From: Clostridia bacterium
Lineage (GTDB): Bacteria; Bacillota; Clostridia; Oscillospirales; CAG-272
Length of the DNA: 64,000 bases
NCBI GenBank assembly: GCA_017415805.1
Contig: JAFQEC010000019.1
Span: forward strand, 4,814-68,813
Reading direction: 5' to 3'
Shown here: piece after piece, positions 17,787 to 26,515 of the stretch
Numbering within the stretch: position 1 is the stretch's first letter
Layout of the letters: each line of letters begins with the position of its first letter
Notes under the pieces: generated by a model
Databases searched by the model: none
What the model was told of the DNA's origin: nothing
The model's input: the letters and a program-made list of their open reading frames with translations, nothing else
Position numbers and translations under genes: made by a program

Positions 17787-19124
17787 ATGTTCGAGAGCTT
17801 AAGTGAAAAACTGAATAACGCCTTCAAATTTTTCCGCAACAAGGGCAAGCTGACCGAGGCGGACGTCAAATCGGGCATGCGCGAGATCAAGCTCGCACTT
17901 CTGGAGGCAGACGTCAACTTCAAGGTCGTACGCGACTTTGTGAAAATGGTCTCGGAGCGCGCCGTTGGCGCCGAGGTGCTCGAATCGCTCCTGCCCGCCC
18001 AGCAGATCGTCAAGATCGTCAATGAGGAAATGATCCGCTTGATGGGCGAAACGCAGGCCAAGCTCACCATTTCCCCCAAGCCCCCCACGGTCGTGATGAT
18101 GGTGGGCCTGCAGGGCGCAGGTAAGACCACGCACGCGGGCAAGCTCGCGGGTATGTATAAAAAACAGGGTAAAAATCCGCTTTTGGTAGCGTGTGACGTC
18201 TACCGTCCCGCCGCGATCCGACAGCTCGAGATCGTGGGCGAAAAGCTGGATATTCCCGTGTTCACGCTCGGGGATAAGGAGAAGCCCGTCAAGATCGCTA
18301 AGGAAGGATTGAAGTACGCCCAGAAAAAGGGCTACGACATGGTCATTGTCGATACCGCGGGCCGTCTGCACATCGACGAGGAGCTCATGGGCGAGCTGCA
18401 GGATATCAAAAAGGCGGTCGATCCCACCGAGATATTGCTCACGGTCGATGCTATGATCGGTCAGGACGCGGTGACGGTTGCCGAGCACTTCAACGAGCAG
18501 CTCGACGTCACGGGCGTGATCCTCACCAAGCTTGACGGCGATACGCGCGGCGGTGCGGCCCTCTCGGTGCGGCACGTCACGGGCAAGCCCATCAAATTCG
18601 TGGGTGTGGGCGAGAAGCTCGATGCCATCGAGCCCTTCTATCCCGACCGTATGGCCAGCCGTATTCTCGGCATGGGCGACGTGCTGTCCCTGATCGAAAA
18701 GGCAGAGCAGGCGTTTGATGCCAAGCAGGCGGCGGAGCTGGAAAAGAAGATCCGTCAGTCCACCTTCACACTGGACGATTATTTACAGCAGTTCGCGCAG
18801 CTGCGTAAAATGGGCAACATCGAGAGCTTGCTTGGGATGATGCCGGGCATCAAGCCGGGCGCGCTGAAGGACGCCAAGATCGACGAGCGACAGCTCGCAC
18901 GCACCGAGGCGATCATCCGTTCGATGACCATGAAGGAGCGCGAGCGGCCCGAGGTCATCAACGCCTCGCGCAAGCAGCGCATCGCAAAGGGTAGCGGCAC
19001 CTCGGTCGAGGACGTCAACAAGCTGCTCAAGCAGTTCGACCAGGTGCGCAAAATGATGAAGCAAATGACGGGCGGCGGCATGAAGCGCGGCTTGTTCGGC
19101 TTCGGCAAAAAGATGCCCTTCTAA
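17787..19124 (+). CDS. ffh: signal recognition particle protein
   Basis: SRP54 N/G/M domains: [20 protein letters not shown], Met-rich M domain. Confidence 0.97.
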   Translation: MFESLSEKLNNAFKFFRNKGKLTEADVKSGMREIKLALLEADVNFKVVRDFVKMVSERAVGAEVLESLLPAQQIVKIVNEEMIRLMGETQAKLTISPKPPTVVMMVGLQGAGKTTHAGKLAGMYKKQGKNPLLVACDVYRPAAIRQLEIVGEKLDIPVFTLGDKEKPVKIAKEGLKYAQKKGYDMVIVDTAGRLHIDEELMGELQDIKKAVDPTEILLTVDAMIGQDAVTVAEHFNEQLDVTGVILTKLDGDTRGGAALSVRHVTGKPIKFVGVGEKLDAIEPFYPDRMASRILGMGDVLSLIEKAEQAFDAKQAAELEKKIRQSTFTLDDYLQQFAQLRKMGNIESLLGMMPGIKPGALKDAKIDERQLARTEAIIRSMTMKERERPEVINASRKQRIAKGSGTSVEDVNKLLKQFDQVRKMMKQMTGGGMKRGLFGFGKKMPF

Positions 19125-19173
19125 TCACATTGTTTTCCAAAAAAATTATATAAAACAAAGGAGAATCACCACC

Positions 19174-19410
19174 ATGGTAAAGATCAGACTCACCCGCACG
19201 GGCAAGACCCATTCGCCCTCGTACCGCATTGTTGTTGCCGACCAGCGCGCTCCCAGAGACGGCGCCTTCATCGAGGAGATCGGCCACTACAACCCCAACT
19301 CCAAGGAGCTGAAGGTTGACGCAGAGGCAGCCAAGAAGTGGCTTGCAAACGGCGCACAGCCCACTCCCACCACCAAGGCGCTCCTCAAGAAATCCGGCGT
19401 GATCGCGTGA
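19174..19410 (+). CDS. rpsP: 30S ribosomal protein S16
   Basis: [24 protein letters not shown]16 signature. Confidence 0.95.
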   Translation: MVKIRLTRTGKTHSPSYRIVVADQRAPRDGAFIEEIGHYNPNSKELKVDAEAAKKWLANGAQPTPTTKALLKKSGVIA

Positions 19411-19427
19411 TTTGCGCGAGGGTCGAC

Positions 19428-19667
19428 ATGATGAATCTGAAGGAGATCCTTTCCGACATCGCGCGCGCCATCGTGGACCATCCCGATGACGTGACCGTCG
19501 TTTCGGAGGAGAAGGAGAACGAGATCACGCTGACGCTCGGTGTACATGCCGACGACATGGGTATGGTCATCGGTCGTCACGGACGCATCGCAAAGGCGAT
19601 CCGTTCGGTGATGAAGGCGGCAGCGGGAAGCTGCGGCAAAAAGGTCAACGTCGAGATCAAGGATTGA
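19428..19667 (+). CDS. KH-domain RNA-binding protein (YlqC family)
   Basis: GMVIGRHGRIAKAIRSV KH motif; conserved position after rpsP. Confidence 0.85.
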   Translation: MMNLKEILSDIARAIVDHPDDVTVVSEEKENEITLTLGVHADDMGMVIGRHGRIAKAIRSVMKAAAGSCGKKVNVEIKD

Positions 19668-19672
19668 GACCG

Positions 19673-19713
19673 AAATGCAGGCGCGCACCAAATCGGTGCG
19701 CGCCTGCATTTTT
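19673..19713 (+). terminator. strong intrinsic terminator ending the ffh-rpsP operon
   Basis: 17-bp stem AAATGCAGGCGCGCACC / GGTGCGCGCCTGCATTT followed by T-run. Confidence 0.85.
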
Positions 19714-19746
19714 ATGCGAAAAATTTGATTATTTTCAAAAAAGGTG

Positions 19747-19775
19747 TTGACAAGCGCACTTTATTGTGCTAAAAT
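19747..19775 (+). promoter_or_regulatory. sigma-A-type promoter of the T-box leader
   Basis: TTGACA (19747-19752), 17 nt, TAAAAT (19770-19775). Confidence 0.6.
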
Positions 19776-19782
19776 CATAGCA

Positions 19783-20070
19783 TATTTCAAAGAAATGCGA
19801 TGATCGAAAACCAGTAGGGCATTGGAAAGCGTCCAGAGAGCTGTCGGGCGGTGCGAGACAGCCGTGAGTACGTGTCTGAATACATTCCGGGAGCAGCGCG
19901 CCCAACCCGAGGCAAGCCTTGGCAGTAGGTGGCGACGGGTTCGACCGTCATATCGAGCGGCACTGTCCCCACGGTGTCATTGAGGTTGCCCCCGTGAGAG
20001 GGTAACGAAGCAGAGTGGTAACACGGCCACGGTCGTCTCTGTATCGCAGGATACAGGGGCTTTTTGTTTT
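19783..20070 (+). promoter_or_regulatory. T-box riboswitch leader, tyrosine specifier (UAC)
   Basis: GA/K-turn GCGATGA (19797-19803); S-turn AGTA (19813-19816) with GAA-TAC-A (19878-19884); AG bulge AGAGAG (19835-19840); distal loop GGTGCGA (19850-19856). T-box core AGAGTGGTAACACGG (20012-20026) carries UGGU. Terminator CTGTATC-GCAG-GATACAG plus T-run (20039-20070). Confidence 0.85.
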
Positions 20071-20121
20071 ATCCGCCGCAGGGCGTATAAATAAATTTCC
20101 ATACAATGGAGGAAACACATC

Positions 20122-21093
20122 ATGAAAAAGATCATGGCACTCGTACTGGCGCTCCTTCTGGTCGCCGCCGCACCGTTTGCACTGGCATCCTGCTCGGGCA
20201 AGGGTGAGTACACCGTTGGCATCATCCAGCTCATTCAGCACAGCGCGCTGGATGCCGCTACCAAGGGCTTCAAGGACGTGCTGACCGAGGAGTTCGGTGA
20301 TAAGGTCACCTTTGTTGAGCACAATGCAAACGGCGATTCCACTGCCTGCACCACGGCTGCAAACGATCTTGTGACCAAGAACGTGGATCTGATCCTCGGC
20401 AACGCGACCGCTGCTCTGCAGGCTGCCGCAAACGCCACCGAGACCATCCCCGTGCTCGGCACCTCGATCACCGATTACGGCACGGCACTCAACATGACCT
20501 TCAATGGCGGTGCTGTCGGCGGTAACATCTCGGGCACCACGGACTTAGCACCTCTGGATCAGCAGGCACAGATGATCAAGGATCTGTACCCCAGTGCATC
20601 CAAGGTCGGCCTGCTCTACTGCTCGGCTGAGCCCAACTCCAAGTATCAGGCAGACGTGATCCGCGCAAAGCTGATCGAGCTTGGCTATGCCGATGCCAAC
20701 ATCAAGGACTTCAAGTTTGCGGACTCCAACGACGTTGCAAGCGTTTCGCAGTCGGCTGCTGCCTTTGCAGATGTTCTCTACGTTCCCACCGATAACACCG
20801 CCGCTTCCTTCGGCGCCACCATCAAGGACAATATCGGAAGCGACCCGCTGATCGCAGGCGAGTCGGGTATTTGCTCGCTGTGCGGTATTGCCACGCTGTC
20901 GATCGACTACTACGAGCTCGGCAAGATCACGGGCAAGATGGCCGTTAAGATCCTGAAGGGCGAGGCAAAGGTTGGCGAAATGGCGATCGAGTCGGTTCCT
21001 GCCAACACCATTACGAAGAAGTATAACACGACCAGAGCCACCGAGATCGGCTTTACCGCTCCCGAGGGCTATACCGCTCTTCCCACTGAATAA
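20122..21093 (+). CDS. ABC transporter substrate-binding lipoprotein, ABC_sub_bind (TrpX-like) family
   Basis: Lipobox LASCSGK; family pattern VGIIQLIQHSALDAATKGF...DLILGNATAALQAA...IPVLGTSITD. Confidence 0.8.
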   Translation: MKKIMALVLALLLVAAAPFALASCSGKGEYTVGIIQLIQHSALDAATKGFKDVLTEEFGDKVTFVEHNANGDSTACTTAANDLVTKNVDLILGNATAALQAAANATETIPVLGTSITDYGTALNMTFNGGAVGGNISGTTDLAPLDQQAQMIKDLYPSASKVGLLYCSAEPNSKYQADVIRAKLIELGYADANIKDFKFADSNDVASVSQSAAAFADVLYVPTDNTAASFGATIKDNIGSDPLIAGESGICSLCGIATLSIDYYELGKITGKMAVKILKGEAKVGEMAIESVPANTITKKYNTTRATEIGFTAPEGYTALPTE

Positions 21094-21095
21094 TC

Positions 21096-22004
21096 ATGGC
21101 GTTTTTTGATTGGCTGGGGGCACTCCCCGGCGCCGCCGCACAGGGTATCATCTGGGGTATCATGGCGATCGGCGTCTACATCACCTATAAAATTCTCGAC
21201 GTCGCCGACCTTACGGTCGACGGATCGATCTGCACGGGCGGCGCGGTATGCGCGGTGCTCGTGACGTCGGGTGTCAACGTTTGGGTCGCACTTGCGGTGG
21301 CTACGGTCGCGGGTATTTTGTGCGGACTTCTGACCGGTTTTTTCCATACGTTCATGGGTATTCCTGCAATTCTTGCGGGTATTTTGACCCAGCTGATCCT
21401 TTGGTCGGTCAACCTCAAGATCATGGGGCAGGCCAACCTCGCCGTGCCCTCGCGCGCCTTCAAGGTGCTGATCGCGGCCTCGCGTGTGCCCAAATCCTTG
21501 TTGGTGCTGGCAGGCTTTATGATCGTGCTGATCGCAGTGCTGTACTGGTTCTTTGGCACCGAAATGGGTGCTTCCTTGCGCGCAACGGGCTCGAACATCC
21601 AGATGAGCCGCGCGCAGGGCATCAACACCGAGCTCAATAAGATCTTCGGTCTTGCGCTGTCCAACGGTGTGGTCGCGCTCTCGGGTGCGTTGCTCACACA
21701 GTATCAGGGCTTCGCCGACATCAACATGGGTCGCGGTGCCATCGTCATCGGCCTTGCATCGGTCATCATCGGTGAGGCTGTAACGGCGCGCTTTGCCAAG
21801 AATTTTGCCGTCAAGCTGCTTGGCGTGATTCTCGGCGGCGTGATCTATTATTTCGTGTACCAGACCGTCGTGTTCCTCGGTCTTGACACTGACCTGTTGA
21901 AGATGCTCTCCGCCATCGTGGTGGCGATCTTCCTGGCGGTTCCGTACTGGAAAAAGCGCTATTTCTCGAATCCGAAGAAGAAGGAGGAGAAGCGCGATGC
22001 TTGA
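21096..22004 (+). CDS. ABC transporter permease partnering the TrpX-like binding protein
   Basis: Hydrophobic multi-TM protein directly downstream; 2-nt gap to the binding-protein gene. Confidence 0.8.
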   Translation: MAFFDWLGALPGAAAQGIIWGIMAIGVYITYKILDVADLTVDGSICTGGAVCAVLVTSGVNVWVALAVATVAGILCGLLTGFFHTFMGIPAILAGILTQLILWSVNLKIMGQANLAVPSRAFKVLIAASRVPKSLLVLAGFMIVLIAVLYWFFGTEMGASLRATGSNIQMSRAQGINTELNKIFGLALSNGVVALSGALLTQYQGFADINMGRGAIVIGLASVIIGEAVTARFAKNFAVKLLGVILGGVIYYFVYQTVVFLGLDTDLLKMLSAIVVAIFLAVPYWKKRYFSNPKKKEEKRDA

Positions 22005-22791
22005 GCTTAAAAATATCACAAAGACCTTTTTCCCGGGAACGGTGAACGAAAAGGTAGCCCTCAACGACGTGAGCATCACGCTCAACGACGGTGATTTTGT
22101 CACCATTATCGGCGGCAACGGTGCGGGAAAATCCACTATGCTCAATGCCATTGCAGGCGTCTGGCGCCCCGATTGCGGACAGATCCTGATCGACGGCGTG
22201 GACGTGACGCATCTGCCCGAGCACAAGCGTGCCAAGTACCTCGGCCGCGTGTTCCAGGATCCGATGATGGGTACTGCAAAGGATATGGAGATCGAGGAAA
22301 ATCTGGCACTGGCACTGCGTCGCGGCAAGCGTCGCGGCCTGCGCTGGCGCATCACACGTGCCGAGCGCGAGCAATATCGCGAGCTCCTCGCGGGGCTTGA
22401 CCTCGGGCTTGAGACCCGCATGACCGCAAAGGTGGGCCTGCTTTCGGGTGGCCAGCGTCAGGCGGTCACGCTGCTGATGGCTACGCTCAAAACGCCCAAG
22501 CTCCTGCTGCTCGACGAGCACACCGCCGCACTCGATCCCAAGACGGCGGCCAAGGTGCTGGAGCTGACCGATCAGATCATCGCCGAGAAGAAGCTGACCG
22601 CGATGATGGTCACGCACAATATGAAGGACGCGATCGTTCACGGCAACCGTCTCATTATGATGCACAACGGACGCATCATCTTCGACGTGTCGGGCGTGGA
22701 AAAGAAAAACCTCACCGTTGAGACTCTGCTTGAGAAATTCTCGCAGTCCAGCGGCGAGGAATTTGCCAACGACCGCGCGCTGCTCAACTAA
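21997..22791 (+). CDS. ABC transporter ATP-binding protein of the same system
   Basis: Walker A GGNGAGKST, signature LSGGQRQ, Walker B LLLLDEHTAALD; overlaps permease end by 8 nt. Confidence 0.85.
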   Translation: MLELKNITKTFFPGTVNEKVALNDVSITLNDGDFVTIIGGNGAGKSTMLNAIAGVWRPDCGQILIDGVDVTHLPEHKRAKYLGRVFQDPMMGTAKDMEIEENLALALRRGKRRGLRWRITRAEREQYRELLAGLDLGLETRMTAKVGLLSGGQRQAVTLLMATLKTPKLLLLDEHTAALDPKTAAKVLELTDQIIAEKKLTAMMVTHNMKDAIVHGNRLIMMHNGRIIFDVSGVEKKNLTVETLLEKFSQSSGEEFANDRALLN

Positions 22792-22795
22792 ACCG

Positions 22796-22831
22796 AAAAC
22801 AGCCACCGCCAATCGGCGGTGGCTGTTTTTT
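22796..22831. terminator. bidirectional terminator
   Basis: 12-bp stem ACAGCCACCGCC / GGCGGTGGCTGT, 4-nt loop, T-run. Confidence 0.8.
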
Positions 22832-22845
22832 GTCCCGTTCGCGGG

Positions 22846-25149
22846 TTAAAATTCACTCATCAGCGCGGCGTGCTCGCTGCGCAGGAGGTGAATGGATGCG
22901 ATCTCCTCAACCGCACCCTCATCCGCCTTGGCAGGGGTGGCGAGGAAAAAGGTGGAGGTGCAGGAGGGGAGCGTCAGGCGCAGGGTGGTGTAGATCTCGC
23001 CCTTGTAGGAGAGAAACTTACTTTTGCGTGCCTGCATTTCACCCGTGTGCGGATTCCATTCTTCCACCGAAAACGCACCCCGTAGGAGCACGTGATGGTT
23101 GTAATCGGTGTCGGTGGTGTTGGAGAAATAATAGATGTCGGTATCGCTACTGTCATCGCGCTTGTGAATGTGATTGAGCATGCCGCCGCCCGGCATGGTG
23201 CGGTGCAGGCCGATGGTATGAAACTCGGGGAAGATCGAATTGAGTGCGCCTGTGCATTCCAAGCGCGGCATTCCGGGCAAATAGATGTCGAAGGGGAGCT
23301 CAAAGGAGTTGAGCGCCTCATTCACGGTGGAGCTGCGCGTCATGTGCGTGCCGTCGGTGGCAGAGGCGTTGAAATACAGGAAGATGGCCTCGCCGCCCGC
23401 ATCGTTTTTGTTGTGACAGTAGTCGCGCATCACGCGCGGATCGCAGGCGTCGCGGCCGAAGATCGCCTCGGTGAGGGCCCGTACCTCGCGGTCGTTCGCG
23501 CCGTCCTCATCGTATTCAAAGGCGGCCGTGGGAAGCACGCCCGTGGCGAGGATCTTACCGCCCTCGTCAAAGAACTTCTTGAGCAGGCGCAGATTGGCAA
23601 GCGAGACCGTGTCGGTCGCAGGGAGCACCACGATGCGGAATTGCTCGCGGTTGCGTGTGTTATCCAGGTAGAGCACGCCCCCGTCGGTGCGACAGCGCTC
23701 GTTGAGCGTGTCGGGGTGCAGGAGCGTGAGATCGTGCCCCGCGTAGATCGAGATCGAGTTGATCAGCGTCATGTAGTCCGCGGTGTAGGGCGTGGTGGGA
23801 TATTCATACCCGTTGGCGGGCGAAACGTAGAGATTGACCTTGCTGTGCAGGTGATAGATGGGGTAGAGCATCGCGATGTCCGCCATGTGCCGACCGCCGC
23901 AGAGCATGGCTTGTACGCGCGCCGCAAAATCGCCAAGGGTGCTGTCCTCGGTGATCTCGCCCTCGGGATGCAGGGCGGTGCAGTTTGCGCCCCGCGCAAA
24001 GGCGTTCATCAGATCCTTGTACAGCCGCGTGCGGTCGTGGCGGCTGTAATTGCGAAAGAGCTCTGCCCCCACGCGCTCCACATCGAAATTGTAGGCCGCC
24101 CCCGCCGCGATCTTGACCGAATTGGTGCCGTACATATACGCCTTGTCAAAGAGCGCACAGGGCGCATAGCGGTTGTTGCGCAACACGTCACCGATCGAGA
24201 ACGAGCAGGCCGTGAGCTTGGGCTCCGAGAGGCTGCCGAAGGGGGTCAGGCCCTGCTCGGTGGCAAAATCCGAGAGCGCGCGCAGGATCCCGTTTTCGAT
24301 CAGCGCGGCGCGCACGGTCATAAAAAGTGCCTTAACGTGCTCGGTTTTCGGGCCGATGTAGTCAAACAGTGCAGGGTAATAGGGCGCGGGATCAAAGCCG
24401 AAGCGCTCCTCGAATTTGGCATTGAAGGCGTCGTCCCAGCTGCGGCGGTTGCGCCCGTTGAAGCCGATGCCCGAGTAGGAGAGCACGGTGAGCGTGCTGC
24501 CCATATAGGGCGCAAAAATATCGGCAAAGAGCGAGAAAACCGCCTCGATATATCCACGCGAGGCCTCGTAGGAGAGGTAGTTTGCCCCCTCGCGCTCGGT
24601 GTCCTCGACCGAGAGATACTCGCGCAGCACGAAATTGCCGTTCGCACCCTCCCAGCAAACCTCGCCCTCGTGCACGAAGGAGCGCAGATCGATGACCTCT
24701 CCCGTATCGGCCGAATAGGCCACCAGCGAGAGCAACGTACCGTCGTGCAGGCGGCGCTTGACGGCCTTGCCGCGCTCGCAGAGGTATTCGTGGCAAGTAA
24801 GGATACGTGCACGCAACGCGTGCTCGCCGATCTCGCCCATGGCATGGATCACGGCGTGCTCCAGGGCGGGGTCAAGATAAAAGCCGACCGTGAGGTCGCG
24901 TGCCTTGGCTTCTCGCAAAAGGAGCGCGTACATTTCGCGCACACGTTCAAGACCGCTTGCGTCGATCTCGGTGCCAAGGGGCAGCTGGGGCAGAGCCGTG
25001 CCGCAGCCGCTACGGCGGCAGGTGTCCAACGCCACGCAGATGGAAGCGGCAAAATCGGAATCATCGAGCGAGGGAAGCGTGAAATAATACATTGGGCGGT
25101 GCGCCTGCGCGGGTGCGGCAAAGCGCGCGCGTCGAATTTCGGGCTTCAT
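22846..25149 (-). CDS. large cytoplasmic glycoside-hydrolase-like protein (GH106 / jelly-roll C-terminal type), function unknown
   Basis: No signal peptide. The C-terminal pattern YYFSNTTDTDYNHHVLLRGAFSVEEWNPHTGE...LTLPSCTSTFFL is typical of that family by recollection. ATG 25149 follows GGGAGGAA. Confidence 0.45.
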   Translation of the reverse strand: MKPEIRRARFAAPAQAHRPMYYFTLPSLDDSDFAASICVALDTCRRSGCGTALPQLPLGTEIDASGLERVREMYALLLREAKARDLTVGFYLDPALEHAVIHAMGEIGEHALRARILTCHEYLCERGKAVKRRLHDGTLLSLVAYSADTGEVIDLRSFVHEGEVCWEGANGNFVLREYLSVEDTEREGANYLSYEASRGYIEAVFSLFADIFAPYMGSTLTVLSYSGIGFNGRNRRSWDDAFNAKFEERFGFDPAPYYPALFDYIGPKTEHVKALFMTVRAALIENGILRALSDFATEQGLTPFGSLSEPKLTACSFSIGDVLRNNRYAPCALFDKAYMYGTNSVKIAAGAAYNFDVERVGAELFRNYSRHDRTRLYKDLMNAFARGANCTALHPEGEITEDSTLGDFAARVQAMLCGGRHMADIAMLYPIYHLHSKVNLYVSPANGYEYPTTPYTADYMTLINSISIYAGHDLTLLHPDTLNERCRTDGGVLYLDNTRNREQFRIVVLPATDTVSLANLRLLKKFFDEGGKILATGVLPTAAFEYDEDGANDREVRALTEAIFGRDACDPRVMRDYCHNKNDAGGEAIFLYFNASATDGTHMTRSSTVNEALNSFELPFDIYLPGMPRLECTGALNSIFPEFHTIGLHRTMPGGGMLNHIHKRDDSSDTDIYYFSNTTDTDYNHHVLLRGAFSVEEWNPHTGEMQARKSKFLSYKGEIYTTLRLTLPSCTSTFFLATPAKADEGAVEEIASIHLLRSEHAALMSEF

Positions 25150-25250
25150 ATGTGTTCCTCCCATGGTAGGCTAATACCAGTATACCATATTTTGCCGCGC
25201 ATTTCCAGTAGGCCGCGCAATTTTTTGCGCGTGCGCTCCACCGCTTCACA

Positions 25251-25279
25251 TTGACAAATCACGCGCCGTGTGGTACAAT
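25251..25279 (+). promoter_or_regulatory. sigma-A-type promoter for the PHP phosphatase gene
   Basis: TTGACA (25251-25256), 17 nt ending TGG, TACAAT (25274-25279). Confidence 0.55.
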
Positions 25280-25310
25280 TTGAGCAGAAGCATGTAAAGG
25301 AGAGAAGGGA

Positions 25311-26039
25311 ATGCCCATCATTGATTTCCACGCCCATATCCTGCCCGGTGCGGATCACGGCTCGGATAGCAGCAAAACGTCGCTTGCCCAGCTCGCGCTG
25401 TTGCGTGCCGCAGGCGTGGATGCTGTGGTGGCCACGCCGCATTTTTATCCGCACATGCACAGCATGCAGTCCTTTTTGGAGCACCGCGCGCGGTGTGCCG
25501 AGCGTCTGGTGCGGCACCTCACTCCTGCATATCCCACCGCTTTTGTGGGCGCCGAGGTCCTCGCGTGCGAGGGGCTGGAGCACATGGAGGGGCTCGAGCA
25601 TCTGGCCGTCAAGGGCACGCGCACGCTTCTCTTGGAGCTGCCCTTCTCGGGCTGGGGACACGGCCTTGTGGAAACGGTTTTGCAGATCCGTGAGCACGGC
25701 TTTACCCCTGTGCTCGCGCACGTTGACCGCTATCCGCGCGCGAGCATCGAGGAGTTTCTGCACGAGGGGATCCTTGCCCAGCTCAATGCCGAGCTCTTTG
25801 CCCACCCCCTGCGCCTGCGCGCCTACCGCCGCTGGATCGAGAACGGCGCGGTGGTGGCACTCGGCAGCGACCTTCACAAAGCACCCAAAAACGGCCACCG
25901 CCCCTTCCAAAAAATGTGCGCCAAGCTCGGCCCCGAGGCCGACCGCATCTTCGCGCGCACCGCAGAGCTTCTCGAGGGCGCGGTGCCCCTTACACCCACC
26001 GAAGCACCGCAAAAAGAGGAAGCGTTGGTTCTTACATAA
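25311..26039 (+). CDS. PHP-family protein-tyrosine phosphatase (CpsB/YwqE type)
   Basis: All CpsB metal motifs present: DFHAH, ATPH, GAEV, LLELP, AHVDRY, GSDLH. Confidence 0.75.
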   Translation: MPIIDFHAHILPGADHGSDSSKTSLAQLALLRAAGVDAVVATPHFYPHMHSMQSFLEHRARCAERLVRHLTPAYPTAFVGAEVLACEGLEHMEGLEHLAVKGTRTLLLELPFSGWGHGLVETVLQIREHGFTPVLAHVDRYPRASIEEFLHEGILAQLNAELFAHPLRLRAYRRWIENGAVVALGSDLHKAPKNGHRPFQKMCAKLGPEADRIFARTAELLEGAVPLTPTEAPQKEEALVLT

Positions 26040-26055
26040 GCATTCAACAAAAGAA

Positions 26056-26082
26056 CGCCCCTGCCACAATGTGGCAGGGGCG
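26056..26082 (-). terminator. terminator of the island operon (hairpin shared with the convergent gene)
   Basis: 12-bp stem CGCCCCTGCCAC / GTGGCAGGGGCG; a U-rich tract follows on the minus strand only. Confidence 0.6.
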
Positions 26083-26087
26083 AAGCT

Positions 26088-26480
26088 TTAGCGTTTGTCA
26101 GAAAGGAGAGCCTTCAAAGCTTCTGTAATTACATATAATCTGTATAGGTTCAAGCCTACGGTGTGCTTGCTTTCATTTGTGTATGATTTGTTTTTTTGAA
26201 GAACTTTCAGATCGCGTGTTAATTCTGCGATAAGCGGATGATATTGAAGCCATAGCTCGCGTTCTTTGCGTTCTTGCACCGTAAGTGTCAACGGATCAGA
26301 AATATATTTTTGTTCTAAAGCGGTTAGCCTTTGTCTTTGATTTTCCTCCAAACCGCTTTGACGTAGCACAAAATTGATGGCGTCATCACAGCTGTTAAAC
26401 ACCAACATTTTGCACTTTTGGCAAAGGTGAAAATTCTCCTTTTCACTATATTCCGAACTGCAAATATAACAGTTGGACAT
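26088..26480 (-). CDS. hypothetical protein with N-terminal CxxC...CxxC zinc ribbon and helical tail
   Basis: MSNCYICS...HLCQKC; strong AGGAGG SD before ATG 26480; AT-rich codon usage like the upstream LRR gene. Confidence 0.55.
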   Translation of the reverse strand: MSNCYICSSEYSEKENFHLCQKCKMLVFNSCDDAINFVLRQSGLEENQRQRLTALEQKYISDPLTLTVQERKERELWLQYHPLIAELTRDLKVLQKNKSYTNESKHTVGLNLYRLYVITEALKALLSDKR

Positions 26481-26515
26481 TTTGAACCTCCTATAAAATT
26501 TTATCGCGTTCTGAT

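Noticed and set aside
19787-20322. Three short minus-strand ORFs (61, 124, 85 aa)
   Set aside because: They lie across the T-box leader and the start of the binding-protein gene, and the RNA-element explanation is much stronger.
23092-25254. 720-aa ORF on the plus strand
   Set aside because: It is antisense to the 767-aa glycoside-hydrolase-like gene, has no SD, and shows a low-complexity Arg/Gly/Ala/Val composition.
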